Shown here in pieces: positions 56,103-64,000 of a stretch of DNA of 64,000 nt. The position numbers and the translations under genes are program-made. Location: sequence record PV593634.1; one strand, 5' to 3'. Each line of letters starts with the position of its first letter. Position 1 is the stretch's first letter. Under the pieces are notes generated by a model. The model was not told the origin of the DNA. It saw nothing but the letters and a program-made list of their open reading frames with translations, and did no database searches.

Positions 56103-57737
56103 ATGCGCTTTGATATACGCATGTCTGGTAAAAAGAACATCGATGGTATCGAAGTTAAACACCGCGATGAAGTGATTGTATTCCGTGGGGTTCAGAAAGT
56201 TAATGGTGGTGATGCCGACCAAGAACTGTTTGAATTCTTGAACGAATTCTTCCAGGGTTGTCAGGAACAGCAATTGGATAAACTCTGGGGTTTGATGATC
56301 CAGGGTAAGAAGATTCTGGAACCAGGTTATTTCGATGACGTAGATTCCGCTGACTTAGCCGAACTGCGTAAGAATAACGGCGACTATTTATATGTAACCG
56401 ACAAGCTGTTGAATGTGGTTAATGAAATCTATAAAGTCATTAGCCCTCATGAAATCGCTTATGCAGCACATGTAACTAATCGTTGTGAAGCACCGAAAGA
56501 TCTGATGGCAATGAGTTCCCTGGGTGATTATCCAGAAGAAACCACCATCGATAACATCAAGTACGCCGAACTGGTTAAGTTGGCGTTTGCTGCACAGCTC
56601 GTATTCCCGATCATGAACCAACTGCTGGACCACGTATCTGGTATGGCGGGTAAGGATTATAAAGATGCGATAGCTGGCCAGTATGTCATGGCTAAAGTGC
56701 AAGCTCTGACCAATATGGACGGCTGGCGTATTCTGGATACCTATGTTCGAGCATCATGCCTCCGTCAGGAAGCACGACGCAATAGTGTAAGCGTAGTCAG
56801 TGAAGTTAAATATATCGATTATATCGTATATAAAGGTTTGTTCAACAAACTGTGTCTGACATTCCTGCCAAGCAAGATCAACGGTAAGAACCTTTCTAAA
56901 GAACTGAACAGTTTAGTAGAAGGTGAAATCCGTGGTGGTTCTGACGTTAAGTTCAAAACGTTTAAAGATCCGAAACCAGGTAGTGATGATCAATCCATTC
57001 CAGAATCTTTCCGTATCGCACAGGCTGTCAACGGAACAGATGAAATGGCACAAGCTGAATACTTCACATTCGATCTGTATATCGAGAAGCAGGAACAAGA
57101 TGAATGGGGTCATCCTAAAGTTGTTCTTGAGAAAAAGACCAAAGACTTCTTCAAACATCAGTGTCGCGGATTCAGTATTAAGAATCAGAAACTGGCTGAA
57201 CGTTTATTCAATACGTTACCTCGTGTATGGCATTTCCGTTTAACACCGATCCATACCAAGTTACTTCAACTTGCCTTTATTAAGGATATCAACTATTACC
57301 TGATTCCGGTATTGAACTATGATCAGTTAATGGCGGCTATTTGTTTAGCTCAAGTTAAACTGTTCGAAATGGGATTCGAACATCTGGCCGTTCTGTGTTC
57401 AGTTATTCGTAACCCGGCTTATCCAACATCGTTCTTGGATGATGACTTTAAGTTATCCACTAAGGACCGTGAGATGTTAACAGAAATGTGTGACGTATAT
57501 ATAGGTCAATCGACCTCTAGTACTGAAAACATTCTGGTCAAATCTGTATCCGATTTCTTAGACGAACTGAGTACTTCTGGTTGGGATTCCACAATAGAAC
57601 CAGGTCTGCTCGGTAATGAGAAATTTGTAAACCTTATGTCGTCTGGTCAGATGTATCAAGTGGACTTGGTGCCTGAAATCAAACGTGAACTTTTAGAACT
57701 GATTAAATTAACTAACACCGTAGAGGAAGCTGAATAA
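56103..57737 (+). CDS. Non-virion RNAP specificity subunit (phiKZ gp68-like)
   Basis: 544 aa; size and synteny. Confidence 0.7.
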   Translation: MRFDIRMSGKKNIDGIEVKHRDEVIVFRGVQKVNGGDADQELFEFLNEFFQGCQEQQLDKLWGLMIQGKKILEPGYFDDVDSADLAELRKNNGDYLYVTDKLLNVVNEIYKVISPHEIAYAAHVTNRCEAPKDLMAMSSLGDYPEETTIDNIKYAELVKLAFAAQLVFPIMNQLLDHVSGMAGKDYKDAIAGQYVMAKVQALTNMDGWRILDTYVRASCLRQEARRNSVSVVSEVKYIDYIVYKGLFNKLCLTFLPSKINGKNLSKELNSLVEGEIRGGSDVKFKTFKDPKPGSDDQSIPESFRIAQAVNGTDEMAQAEYFTFDLYIEKQEQDEWGHPKVVLEKKTKDFFKHQCRGFSIKNQKLAERLFNTLPRVWHFRLTPIHTKLLQLAFIKDINYYLIPVLNYDQLMAAICLAQVKLFEMGFEHLAVLCSVIRNPAYPTSFLDDDFKLSTKDREMLTEMCDVYIGQSTSSTENILVKSVSDFLDELSTSGWDSTIEPGLLGNEKFVNLMSSGQMYQVDLVPEIKRELLELIKLTNTVEEAE

Positions 57738-59284
57738 TGAATACCCAAATGAACCTGGTACGTGCTCGTGTTGGTCTGACTAACTACTATCACCAGCAGG
57801 TTATCCGTAACACCGTTATGGATCTGGACAGTACTATCGTTGATCAGCTGACAGAAGAAAACCTGATGGGTGGTGTTAAAGGTACAACGTTAAATATGGC
57901 AGCCGTTTATTCCGCTGGCCTTAACGCTCAAGCCTCTGACTTCGCAAACATCCAGGGTAACTGGAACGAATCCAAAGGTCTGATGATGTTGGACTTCATC
58001 ACTGCCGATTCCCCAGTTGCGATTGAGTATACTCACGTTATCGGTTATATCACGAACAACGGTGCAACTCAAGGTCTGACAGCTGATGCAGTATTCACAC
58101 CGGTGATGAGCTGGAAATCTCATGCTACCACAACCGCGTCTCTGGATATCAACAACCCGACTACTACGCGTAACCAAATCGGTGGTCGTACCGATTACCT
58201 GATGAACGATGGTAGTCAGGCTTCCGGTATGGTATCAATGCGTCCTAGCGATATCATCGACTTCTCCATGGAACGTGCTAATGCTGATGCATTGCGTGAA
58301 CAAATGGAAGACGAAGGTCTGCCAGGTATGACTCCTACCGTAACCGTAGCGGGTACTGATATCGATCGCATGGGTGTGGTATCATCCAAACGTAATAACC
58401 TGAACCCAAGTTCCTATGCTAAGGACATTCTGTCAGCTGGTACTGGTTTCCAACGGAACAACCAATTAAGTAGCAACATGGTAGATGCCATGGGTCAGAA
58501 CGATAACCAGTTTGATGGGATCTATGATCAATTGGTTACCATCGGTTATCAAGCATCTAACAAAGAACCACAGTTACTGCGTGATGACTTCTTCGCAACA
58601 ATGCGTGATGTTACAGGTCAGGCTCAACTGCGCGGGTTCACTGGTTATTCTATCGGTGAACTGGCAATGGCGTTTGAGAACCTGGAAGAAGTTATGGACT
58701 TAACGTTCATGGATTCCTCCCAGGTAATGGTATCTGACTTTACGATGAACACTGAGAGCATGGGTACTTCGCAGATTGAAGAATACACTTCTCAGGAAAT
58801 CACCATGAACATCATGGACCTGATGATCAAGTACGGTCTGTCCGAAATCAGCTTCCGTGGTTCTAACTGTGACCACTTCGGCGGTGATGGTAATCTGTCT
58901 AACGTAGTTATTCTTCCGTTCAACCCAATGTCTCTGTCTAACGACGATTTCGATATGGGTAATAAAGTAGAAGCTTTCGTTACAGAACTGACCAACCAGA
59001 TCTTTGCCAAACTTAACGGCCTGCGTCCAGGTGAATTGACTCCAATTCGTTTCGACGTTACCGCTGAACTGTTCGGTACTTGTATCGTTAACATGGTTCG
59101 TGTAACTGCACAGAACCAAGGTGATGGATTCAACATGCAAGAAGGTGGTGTGCAAGAAGGTATGTCTACCCGTGTTTATCCGACTTACGCTCTTAACAAC
59201 TTCAGCCCGGTAATGGGATCCAAGGTTACTGCTCAGCAAGCTGGCTCTAACTTCTTCTCTAACCTGCAAAACTACTTCTCTTAA
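57737..59284 (+). CDS. picA: PicA/Imp1 nuclear import factor (phiKZ gp69-like)
   Basis: 515 aa directly after the gp68-like gene; synteny. Confidence 0.7.
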   Translation: MNTQMNLVRARVGLTNYYHQQVIRNTVMDLDSTIVDQLTEENLMGGVKGTTLNMAAVYSAGLNAQASDFANIQGNWNESKGLMMLDFITADSPVAIEYTHVIGYITNNGATQGLTADAVFTPVMSWKSHATTTASLDINNPTTTRNQIGGRTDYLMNDGSQASGMVSMRPSDIIDFSMERANADALREQMEDEGLPGMTPTVTVAGTDIDRMGVVSSKRNNLNPSSYAKDILSAGTGFQRNNQLSSNMVDAMGQNDNQFDGIYDQLVTIGYQASNKEPQLLRDDFFATMRDVTGQAQLRGFTGYSIGELAMAFENLEEVMDLTFMDSSQVMVSDFTMNTESMGTSQIEEYTSQEITMNIMDLMIKYGLSEISFRGSNCDHFGGDGNLSNVVILPFNPMSLSNDDFDMGNKVEAFVTELTNQIFAKLNGLRPGELTPIRFDVTAELFGTCIVNMVRVTAQNQGDGFNMQEGGVQEGMSTRVYPTYALNNFSPVMGSKVTAQQAGSNFFSNLQNYFS

Positions 59285-59301
59285 GACAAGGATTATAAAT
59301 A

Positions 59302-60795
59302 ATGAACAAGTTAAACAAACTGTACGAAGCTATGCTGAAATCCTGGGGCTGCCTAATTACTGAAGACGCAGCTATCAATCTGAATTTCGGTGGAAACGTC
59401 GTGCCGGTTAAAGTTGATGATAAACAACTGTATCTGGCGACTTCCGAAAACCTTAACGGTATCACCGTGGGTAAAGTGTTCTTCCATCCGGCATGTGAAT
59501 CCATCATGTCCAAAGAAACCGAAGTCTTTAAAGTGGTTCGTAAACTGACCTCTGCTAAGATCTTCGCGATGTTCCAGCCAATGGTTGAAGTTATCTTTAA
59601 CGTAGCTGGTAAGAAGTCTGGTAAAACTCTGAACGGCAAAATGCTGGAAGCTCTGGAGCCATTTAAAGTGGCAACCAAAGCGGTTAAACAAGAAGTCATC
59701 GATATCCTGAAAACCATGTCCATCGCAATGGAAGATACAGGTATCGATACCCGACTGATTAACTTCAGTATGATCAAAGGTGGTAAAACTGAGAACGACG
59801 AAGCGATCTATTATAGTGCAACTCCGTCATTCCCGTTCTATACCGAACTGTGTCGTACCATCGGGCAGAACGAACATGTGAAACTATCTGACCGTGTCAG
59901 CTTCAATAACCTGAATGTTTCTATGCAATCTCTGCGTACAGCTCAGGCTCTGTTCGAACTGATCATTCCAGCATGTGTGGATCCAAGCCGTAAGAAGTAT
60001 TCTGCAACGATTTCCGATGCAGCACGTCTGGTAGCTTATCTGCATTCGTATGGTCTGGTGGCTTCTGACATGAACAGCCTGATCGGTAAGTTCCGTAAAG
60101 AGTTCGACTCTATCGGCATTTATGGTATTGATCTGGATTGGTTATCTGAGTTGGATGAAATCGGTGAAATCCGTAAACTGATTCCATCTCTGGATTATAA
60201 CAACTACAACATCACCAGTACCGCAGAACAACCTGCTGCCAATGGTGTACGTGTTTCAAGTTATAACCCACTGACCAGCGTTCTGAATACCAGCAGTAAC
60301 AATTCCCAACCACAACCAGGTTCTCAGGTTGCAGGTACTTCCGGTCCTAAAGTTCCAGATGCTCAACCTGGTGAAACTTATATCGGTTCTGAATACAATC
60401 CGGTTAACGGCGTGTATGAATTTAAGTATCAGCAGCAGAACGGTTATATCCGCGTCAAGTCTCTGTCTGAAGAAGGTCGATTCATTTCTGAATTCTTCCA
60501 GAACCCAGCACAGCAAACTGGAATGCCAGGTATGGCTATGATGCCAGGCATGGGTATGCCGGGAATGATGCCAGGTATGATGCCTGGAATGGGCATGCCG
60601 ATGGGTTCAGGTATTCCGATGTTAGGTATGCCTCAGCAACCAGGTATGGGTGGATTTGTACGTGACCCGTATACCGGTGCATTCGTAGCGGCTGGCGCTC
60701 AGCCGATGCAACAACCAACTTCCATGCCGGGAATGATGCCAGGTAATACTGGTCTCGATATCGGTTTCGGAACTGGTAACATTAACCAGTACTAA
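59302..60795 (+). CDS. Conserved protein (phiKZ gp70-like) with Met/Pro/Gly low-complexity tail
   Basis: 497 aa; synteny; MPGM repeats. Confidence 0.65.
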   Translation: MNKLNKLYEAMLKSWGCLITEDAAINLNFGGNVVPVKVDDKQLYLATSENLNGITVGKVFFHPACESIMSKETEVFKVVRKLTSAKIFAMFQPMVEVIFNVAGKKSGKTLNGKMLEALEPFKVATKAVKQEVIDILKTMSIAMEDTGIDTRLINFSMIKGGKTENDEAIYYSATPSFPFYTELCRTIGQNEHVKLSDRVSFNNLNVSMQSLRTAQALFELIIPACVDPSRKKYSATISDAARLVAYLHSYGLVASDMNSLIGKFRKEFDSIGIYGIDLDWLSELDEIGEIRKLIPSLDYNNYNITSTAEQPAANGVRVSSYNPLTSVLNTSSNNSQPQPGSQVAGTSGPKVPDAQPGETYIGSEYNPVNGVYEFKYQQQNGYIRVKSLSEEGRFISEFFQNPAQQTGMPGMAMMPGMGMPGMMPGMMPGMGMPMGSGIPMLGMPQQPGMGGFVRDPYTGAFVAAGAQPMQQPTSMPGMMPGNTGLDIGFGTGNINQY

Positions 60796-60818
60796 TCTGA
60801 AGACATATATGTAAATAA

Positions 60819-60846
60819 CTACCACCTACTCAATAGTAGGTGGTAG
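60819..60846. terminator. Terminator hairpin between convergent genes
   Basis: CTACCACCTACT/AGTAGGTGGTAG. Confidence 0.8.
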
Positions 60847-60870
60847 CTTTCATATACAGTTCTTCATTTT

Positions 60871-61236
60871 TTATTCACGACGGACGCGATTAACCTGAAT
60901 GATGAGTTCAATCTGTTCCATTGTTACGGTATAAAGACCTTTCAAGTGTGAGAAGTCTTTAGTCGGATCTTCGATCCCGTTAAGGAAAGAAATGGTCCAG
61001 ATAAGTTCTTCAGGTATAGTGGAGATCTCACCACCTAACTGTCGTAAGAACTTGTGGAAATTATAACGGTAAGCGAACTTGATAGCATCTCCAACAAAAG
61101 GAGAGAAAGTCGCTTGATTTAACAGCACCTCTTTACAACTACGAATGACTGTTTTGTATTCGTCAGTGAAGAAGAATGCTTGACCTTGAGGAATGTATAT
61201 AGGCATCGATAACGTTTCCAATAAAAATTGAGCCAA
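60871..61236 (-). CDS. Conserved hypothetical protein
   Basis: 121 aa antisense gene. Confidence 0.6.
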   Translation of the reverse strand: MAQFLLETLSMPIYIPQGQAFFFTDEYKTVIRSCKEVLLNQATFSPFVGDAIKFAYRYNFHKFLRQLGGEISTIPEELIWTISFLNGIEDPTKDFSHLKGLYTVTMEQIELIIQVNRVRRE

Positions 61237-61249
61237 AGATAATCAGGCA

Positions 61250-61266
61250 GATATTATCTATATGTA
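61250..61266 (+). promoter_or_regulatory. Phage promoter-like motif
   Basis: GATATTATCTATATGTA. Confidence 0.65.
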
Positions 61267-61286
61267 ACCAATTAGAGGTAATTGAT

Positions 61287-63401
61287 ATGAGCAAGCTGAC
61301 TAGATATAATCAGATAGATTCTCGTACTGCTGGCCTAGCCATTGGTATGAACACCAACCGTACTGTAAACTCTGCTTCACGTTTATATATGCTTGGTAAG
61401 AACCAGGGTAAGGCAGCTACCATTTGGGGATCCACTAACCGTAAATACAGTTCTGGTGACGAGCAGGAGTATGCAAAACCAGCTCGTAAAGTCCAGGCAT
61501 TATCGGACATTGAAGTTGAACAGGTTTTATTCGTTCGTGATATCCAGAATTCCAAAGAGCCTAGTATGTGGGGAACCTACTACGTTATCGTTAAGGATCT
61601 GGAAACAGGCATGTACGATTTGATCGAGATGCCTAAGTTCAACACTCAAAATATGGAGCTTGGCTTCGAGTATCATTATAACAAGGACTTGATGCGCAAA
61701 CTGGAGAAAGGCGCCAGATTCCGTAAGGGCGATGTATTTGCTACATCTGCTCGTATTACCGAATCAAACGAATGGTGTCCAGGTGTTGAAACTAAAGTAG
61801 CTGCGATGTCTCACTGCTACACCGAAGAGGATGCGGTTTACATCTTTGAACACTATGCCAAGAAAATTGGTGTAACGTTTAAACGTAGCCACGACCATCA
61901 GTGGAATGAAGAAGAATTCATTATGCTAAATCTCTACGGTACACTTGATCAACATCAAGGATTCCCACTTCCAGGTCAGAAGGTTCGAGAAGATGGTATC
62001 GTCATGGGCTTCCGTCGTAAAGATGTGGATGCTGCAATGTGCGGTTTAACTAAACATGCACTGATGATTCCAGATTCCACTTATGATGTTCTGTTCCATA
62101 GTTCTCCTAATTGCATCGTAGCCGATGTTAAAGTAGAGACCGAACGTTATAAGAACTTGTCCAATAACAAACGTGCTGAGAAACGTAGTCAACCTCACAC
62201 TCTGATTCTGGAGAAGTTGGAAGAAGAACAAAACGCCTTTGCTAACTCCATCGTAAGTTGGTATAAAGGTAAGCAACGTCAGTATATCGACAAGAAGCCA
62301 CCGCTGTCTCGTGAATTGTGGAACTTCATTTGCTTTAACGGAATGGGATCCATTACTCGTGATTTCACATCTCCGAGTAGTAACGGTAAGTTCAGTAAGA
62401 TCAAACGTAAGATGGGTAACATCCAGTTGAAAGATTGGCGTATCCAGATCGATCTGCGTGAGGATGTGGAAGGTCAGGTTCGATTCAAGAACACGGGTAT
62501 GGATGGTAACAAATCCGTAATCATGAAGATCCTTCCAAGCAAATGTGCTCCGGTAGATGAACACGGTGTGATGGCAGATATGGTAGTGGGTAACACTCCT
62601 GGCTATCGCCGTCAGATTTTCAACTCCTTTATGGAATTGGATATCAACTTCGTGAACATTCACATTTATCCAGAGATCAAGAAAGCTTATGAGTCTAAGG
62701 ACTTCCAGAAAGCTTGGACACTGGCTCGTGATTTCTACGAAACAGTTTCTCCTGATCAGGGTCGTATGGTCGATTTGTTTAATGCTGAAGAAAGAATGCA
62801 GCACTTACATTGGATCATGAAAGATGAGAACGAATTCTCAGCGTTGGGTAACAACACTGGTGAAATCCAAGGTGTTAAGATCATCGAACGACTGGCGGAT
62901 AAATATCCTCATATTCAACCAACCCCGGTAACTTACGAAAACGAGTTTGGTGAAACCATTACGACTCGTCATCCAATCGTAATTAGTTCCGTCTATTACA
63001 TCATGCTGGATAAGTTCGGTGACGATATCAGTTGTCAGTCTACACCGAAACTAAACATCTTTGGTCTACCAACGTCTCTGTCTAAACATGAACGTGCTCG
63101 TGACTTCTATCGCGCAACGCTCAACCGAAACGTAGGTGAAACCGAAGGTCGTCTATTCATTAACCAAAAAGGTGGTGCAGCAGCAGTTCGTATTCTTGCT
63201 CTTGCAAACAGTGCGGAGTTGTTAGAAGAATCGGTTAAGCGCTTAATCCGTGCTGAGAACCCATTCCTCATTCCGCGTTTGGTATTACCTGGTGAAGAAT
63301 CTAAGAACCACTCTCTCCAAGTAATCGACAATATGTTATCTGACTTTGGCTTAGGATTTAGGAAAGAAAATGAAGAAGATAAAATTACGCGAGTTCGCTA
63401 A
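61287..63401 (+). CDS. Non-virion RNA polymerase beta subunit part (phiKZ gp71-73-like)
   Basis: SASRLYM, YTEEDA, KNTGMDGNKSVI, YYIMLDK, NVGETE: degenerate beta-subunit motifs. Confidence 0.88.
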   Translation: MSKLTRYNQIDSRTAGLAIGMNTNRTVNSASRLYMLGKNQGKAATIWGSTNRKYSSGDEQEYAKPARKVQALSDIEVEQVLFVRDIQNSKEPSMWGTYYVIVKDLETGMYDLIEMPKFNTQNMELGFEYHYNKDLMRKLEKGARFRKGDVFATSARITESNEWCPGVETKVAAMSHCYTEEDAVYIFEHYAKKIGVTFKRSHDHQWNEEEFIMLNLYGTLDQHQGFPLPGQKVREDGIVMGFRRKDVDAAMCGLTKHALMIPDSTYDVLFHSSPNCIVADVKVETERYKNLSNNKRAEKRSQPHTLILEKLEEEQNAFANSIVSWYKGKQRQYIDKKPPLSRELWNFICFNGMGSITRDFTSPSSNGKFSKIKRKMGNIQLKDWRIQIDLREDVEGQVRFKNTGMDGNKSVIMKILPSKCAPVDEHGVMADMVVGNTPGYRRQIFNSFMELDINFVNIHIYPEIKKAYESKDFQKAWTLARDFYETVSPDQGRMVDLFNAEERMQHLHWIMKDENEFSALGNNTGEIQGVKIIERLADKYPHIQPTPVTYENEFGETITTRHPIVISSVYYIMLDKFGDDISCQSTPKLNIFGLPTSLSKHERARDFYRATLNRNVGETEGRLFINQKGGAAAVRILALANSAELLEESVKRLIRAENPFLIPRLVLPGEESKNHSLQVIDNMLSDFGLGFRKENEEDKITRVR

Positions 63402-64000
63402 CCTCTCTTGCTTGTCCATGCTCCAGTTCACTGAACGTCGAGTGAAAACAGAAGTAGTAGATGATAAAGGCGACACAGTAATTACCGATACATGGATGTT
63501 GGCTCTTTCCTGGTTTAGTTTGGTAGTCCATCGTTATTATAACGAAGAACCTTATCACATCGACGAACTTGCTTTGTTAAATGCCAAAGATGGTTGTCAG
63601 GCATTTATCGATGATGATACGTTGAAGGTTCCAATCGATAACTTCTTAGAACGTCTGATGCCAAAGTATGACGATCCGGTGTTCTATGATTTTATCAAAC
63701 AGCTGATCTTCACATGGCATAACCAGGTTCACAACTATCTCTGTATTAAATCCGAGACAGGTGTGGTATCTGCACGTGCTATGGATGTTGTTCATTGTTA
63801 TCGACATCCTCCAGTAGCTGATCTGAAGAAACGTGTGGCTGAAGGTAAAACCAACTTGGCTGATGCGGCTAAGGAATTCGAAACGATCATGATGACAGAT
63901 CCTGCTTTTGATAAGTCGGTATTCGGTCTATTGTATCGTACTCGTTCGGTTAACCCAACACAGTCGTTCCAGCTGGTGATTGCTCGTGGTGACGTATTCG
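63370..64000 (+). CDS. Non-virion RNA polymerase beta-prime C-terminal part (phiKZ gp74-like), runs off the right edge
   Basis: Not in the ORF track. ATG 63370 starts MKKIKLREFANLSCLSMLQFTERRVKTEVVDDKG...; synteny. Confidence 0.7.
   Translation, partial: MKKIKLREFANLSCLSMLQFTERRVKTEVVDDKGDTVITDTWMLALSWFSLVVHRYYNEEPYHIDELALLNAKDGCQAFIDDDTLKVPIDNFLERLMPKYDDPVFYDFIKQLIFTWHNQVHNYLCIKSETGVVSARAMDVVHCYRHPPVADLKKRVAEGKTNLADAAKEFETIMMTDPAFDKSVFGLLYRTRSVNPTQSFQLVIARGDVF

Noticed and set aside
48422-63401. Introns, inteins or homing endonucleases in RNAP, polymerase or terminase genes
   Set aside because: All read as continuous ORFs of expected size with no HNH, LAGLIDADG or intein motifs, unlike the intron-split phiKZ orthologs.
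1-64000. Alternative genetic code
   Set aside because: Core genes are full length under the standard code.

Overview
64 kb of a nucleus-forming jumbo phage genome (phiKZ-like, Chimalliviridae). Assignments rest on recognisable motifs and phiKZ-type gene order; no searches were run. (1) 1-15.2 kb: late/structural block with tail tube (partial), tail sheath, three conserved virion genes, large terminase, dTMP kinase and a head protein with prohead-protease-type motifs. (2) 15.3-19.9 kb: minus-strand RNA-rich island with three tRNAs (Cys, Ser, Asn), two tRNA-like elements, two large (about 600-700 nt) highly base-paired non-coding RNAs, a minimal kinase-fold gene, glutaredoxin and a DUF2829/Tad2-like gene. 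One large RNA ends in a complete type I hammerhead ribozyme. (3) 20-38.7 kb: dense plus-strand array of small accessory genes behind a repeated 17-bp promoter-like motif. (4) 38.8-64 kb: nucleus/replication/transcription core (PhuZ, DNA polymerase, chimallin, non-virion RNAP subunits, SbcD-like nuclease, ChmC, PicA), interrupted by a probable anti-CBASS cassette. The best candidate for an undescribed system is the hammerhead-terminated large RNA and its RNA island.
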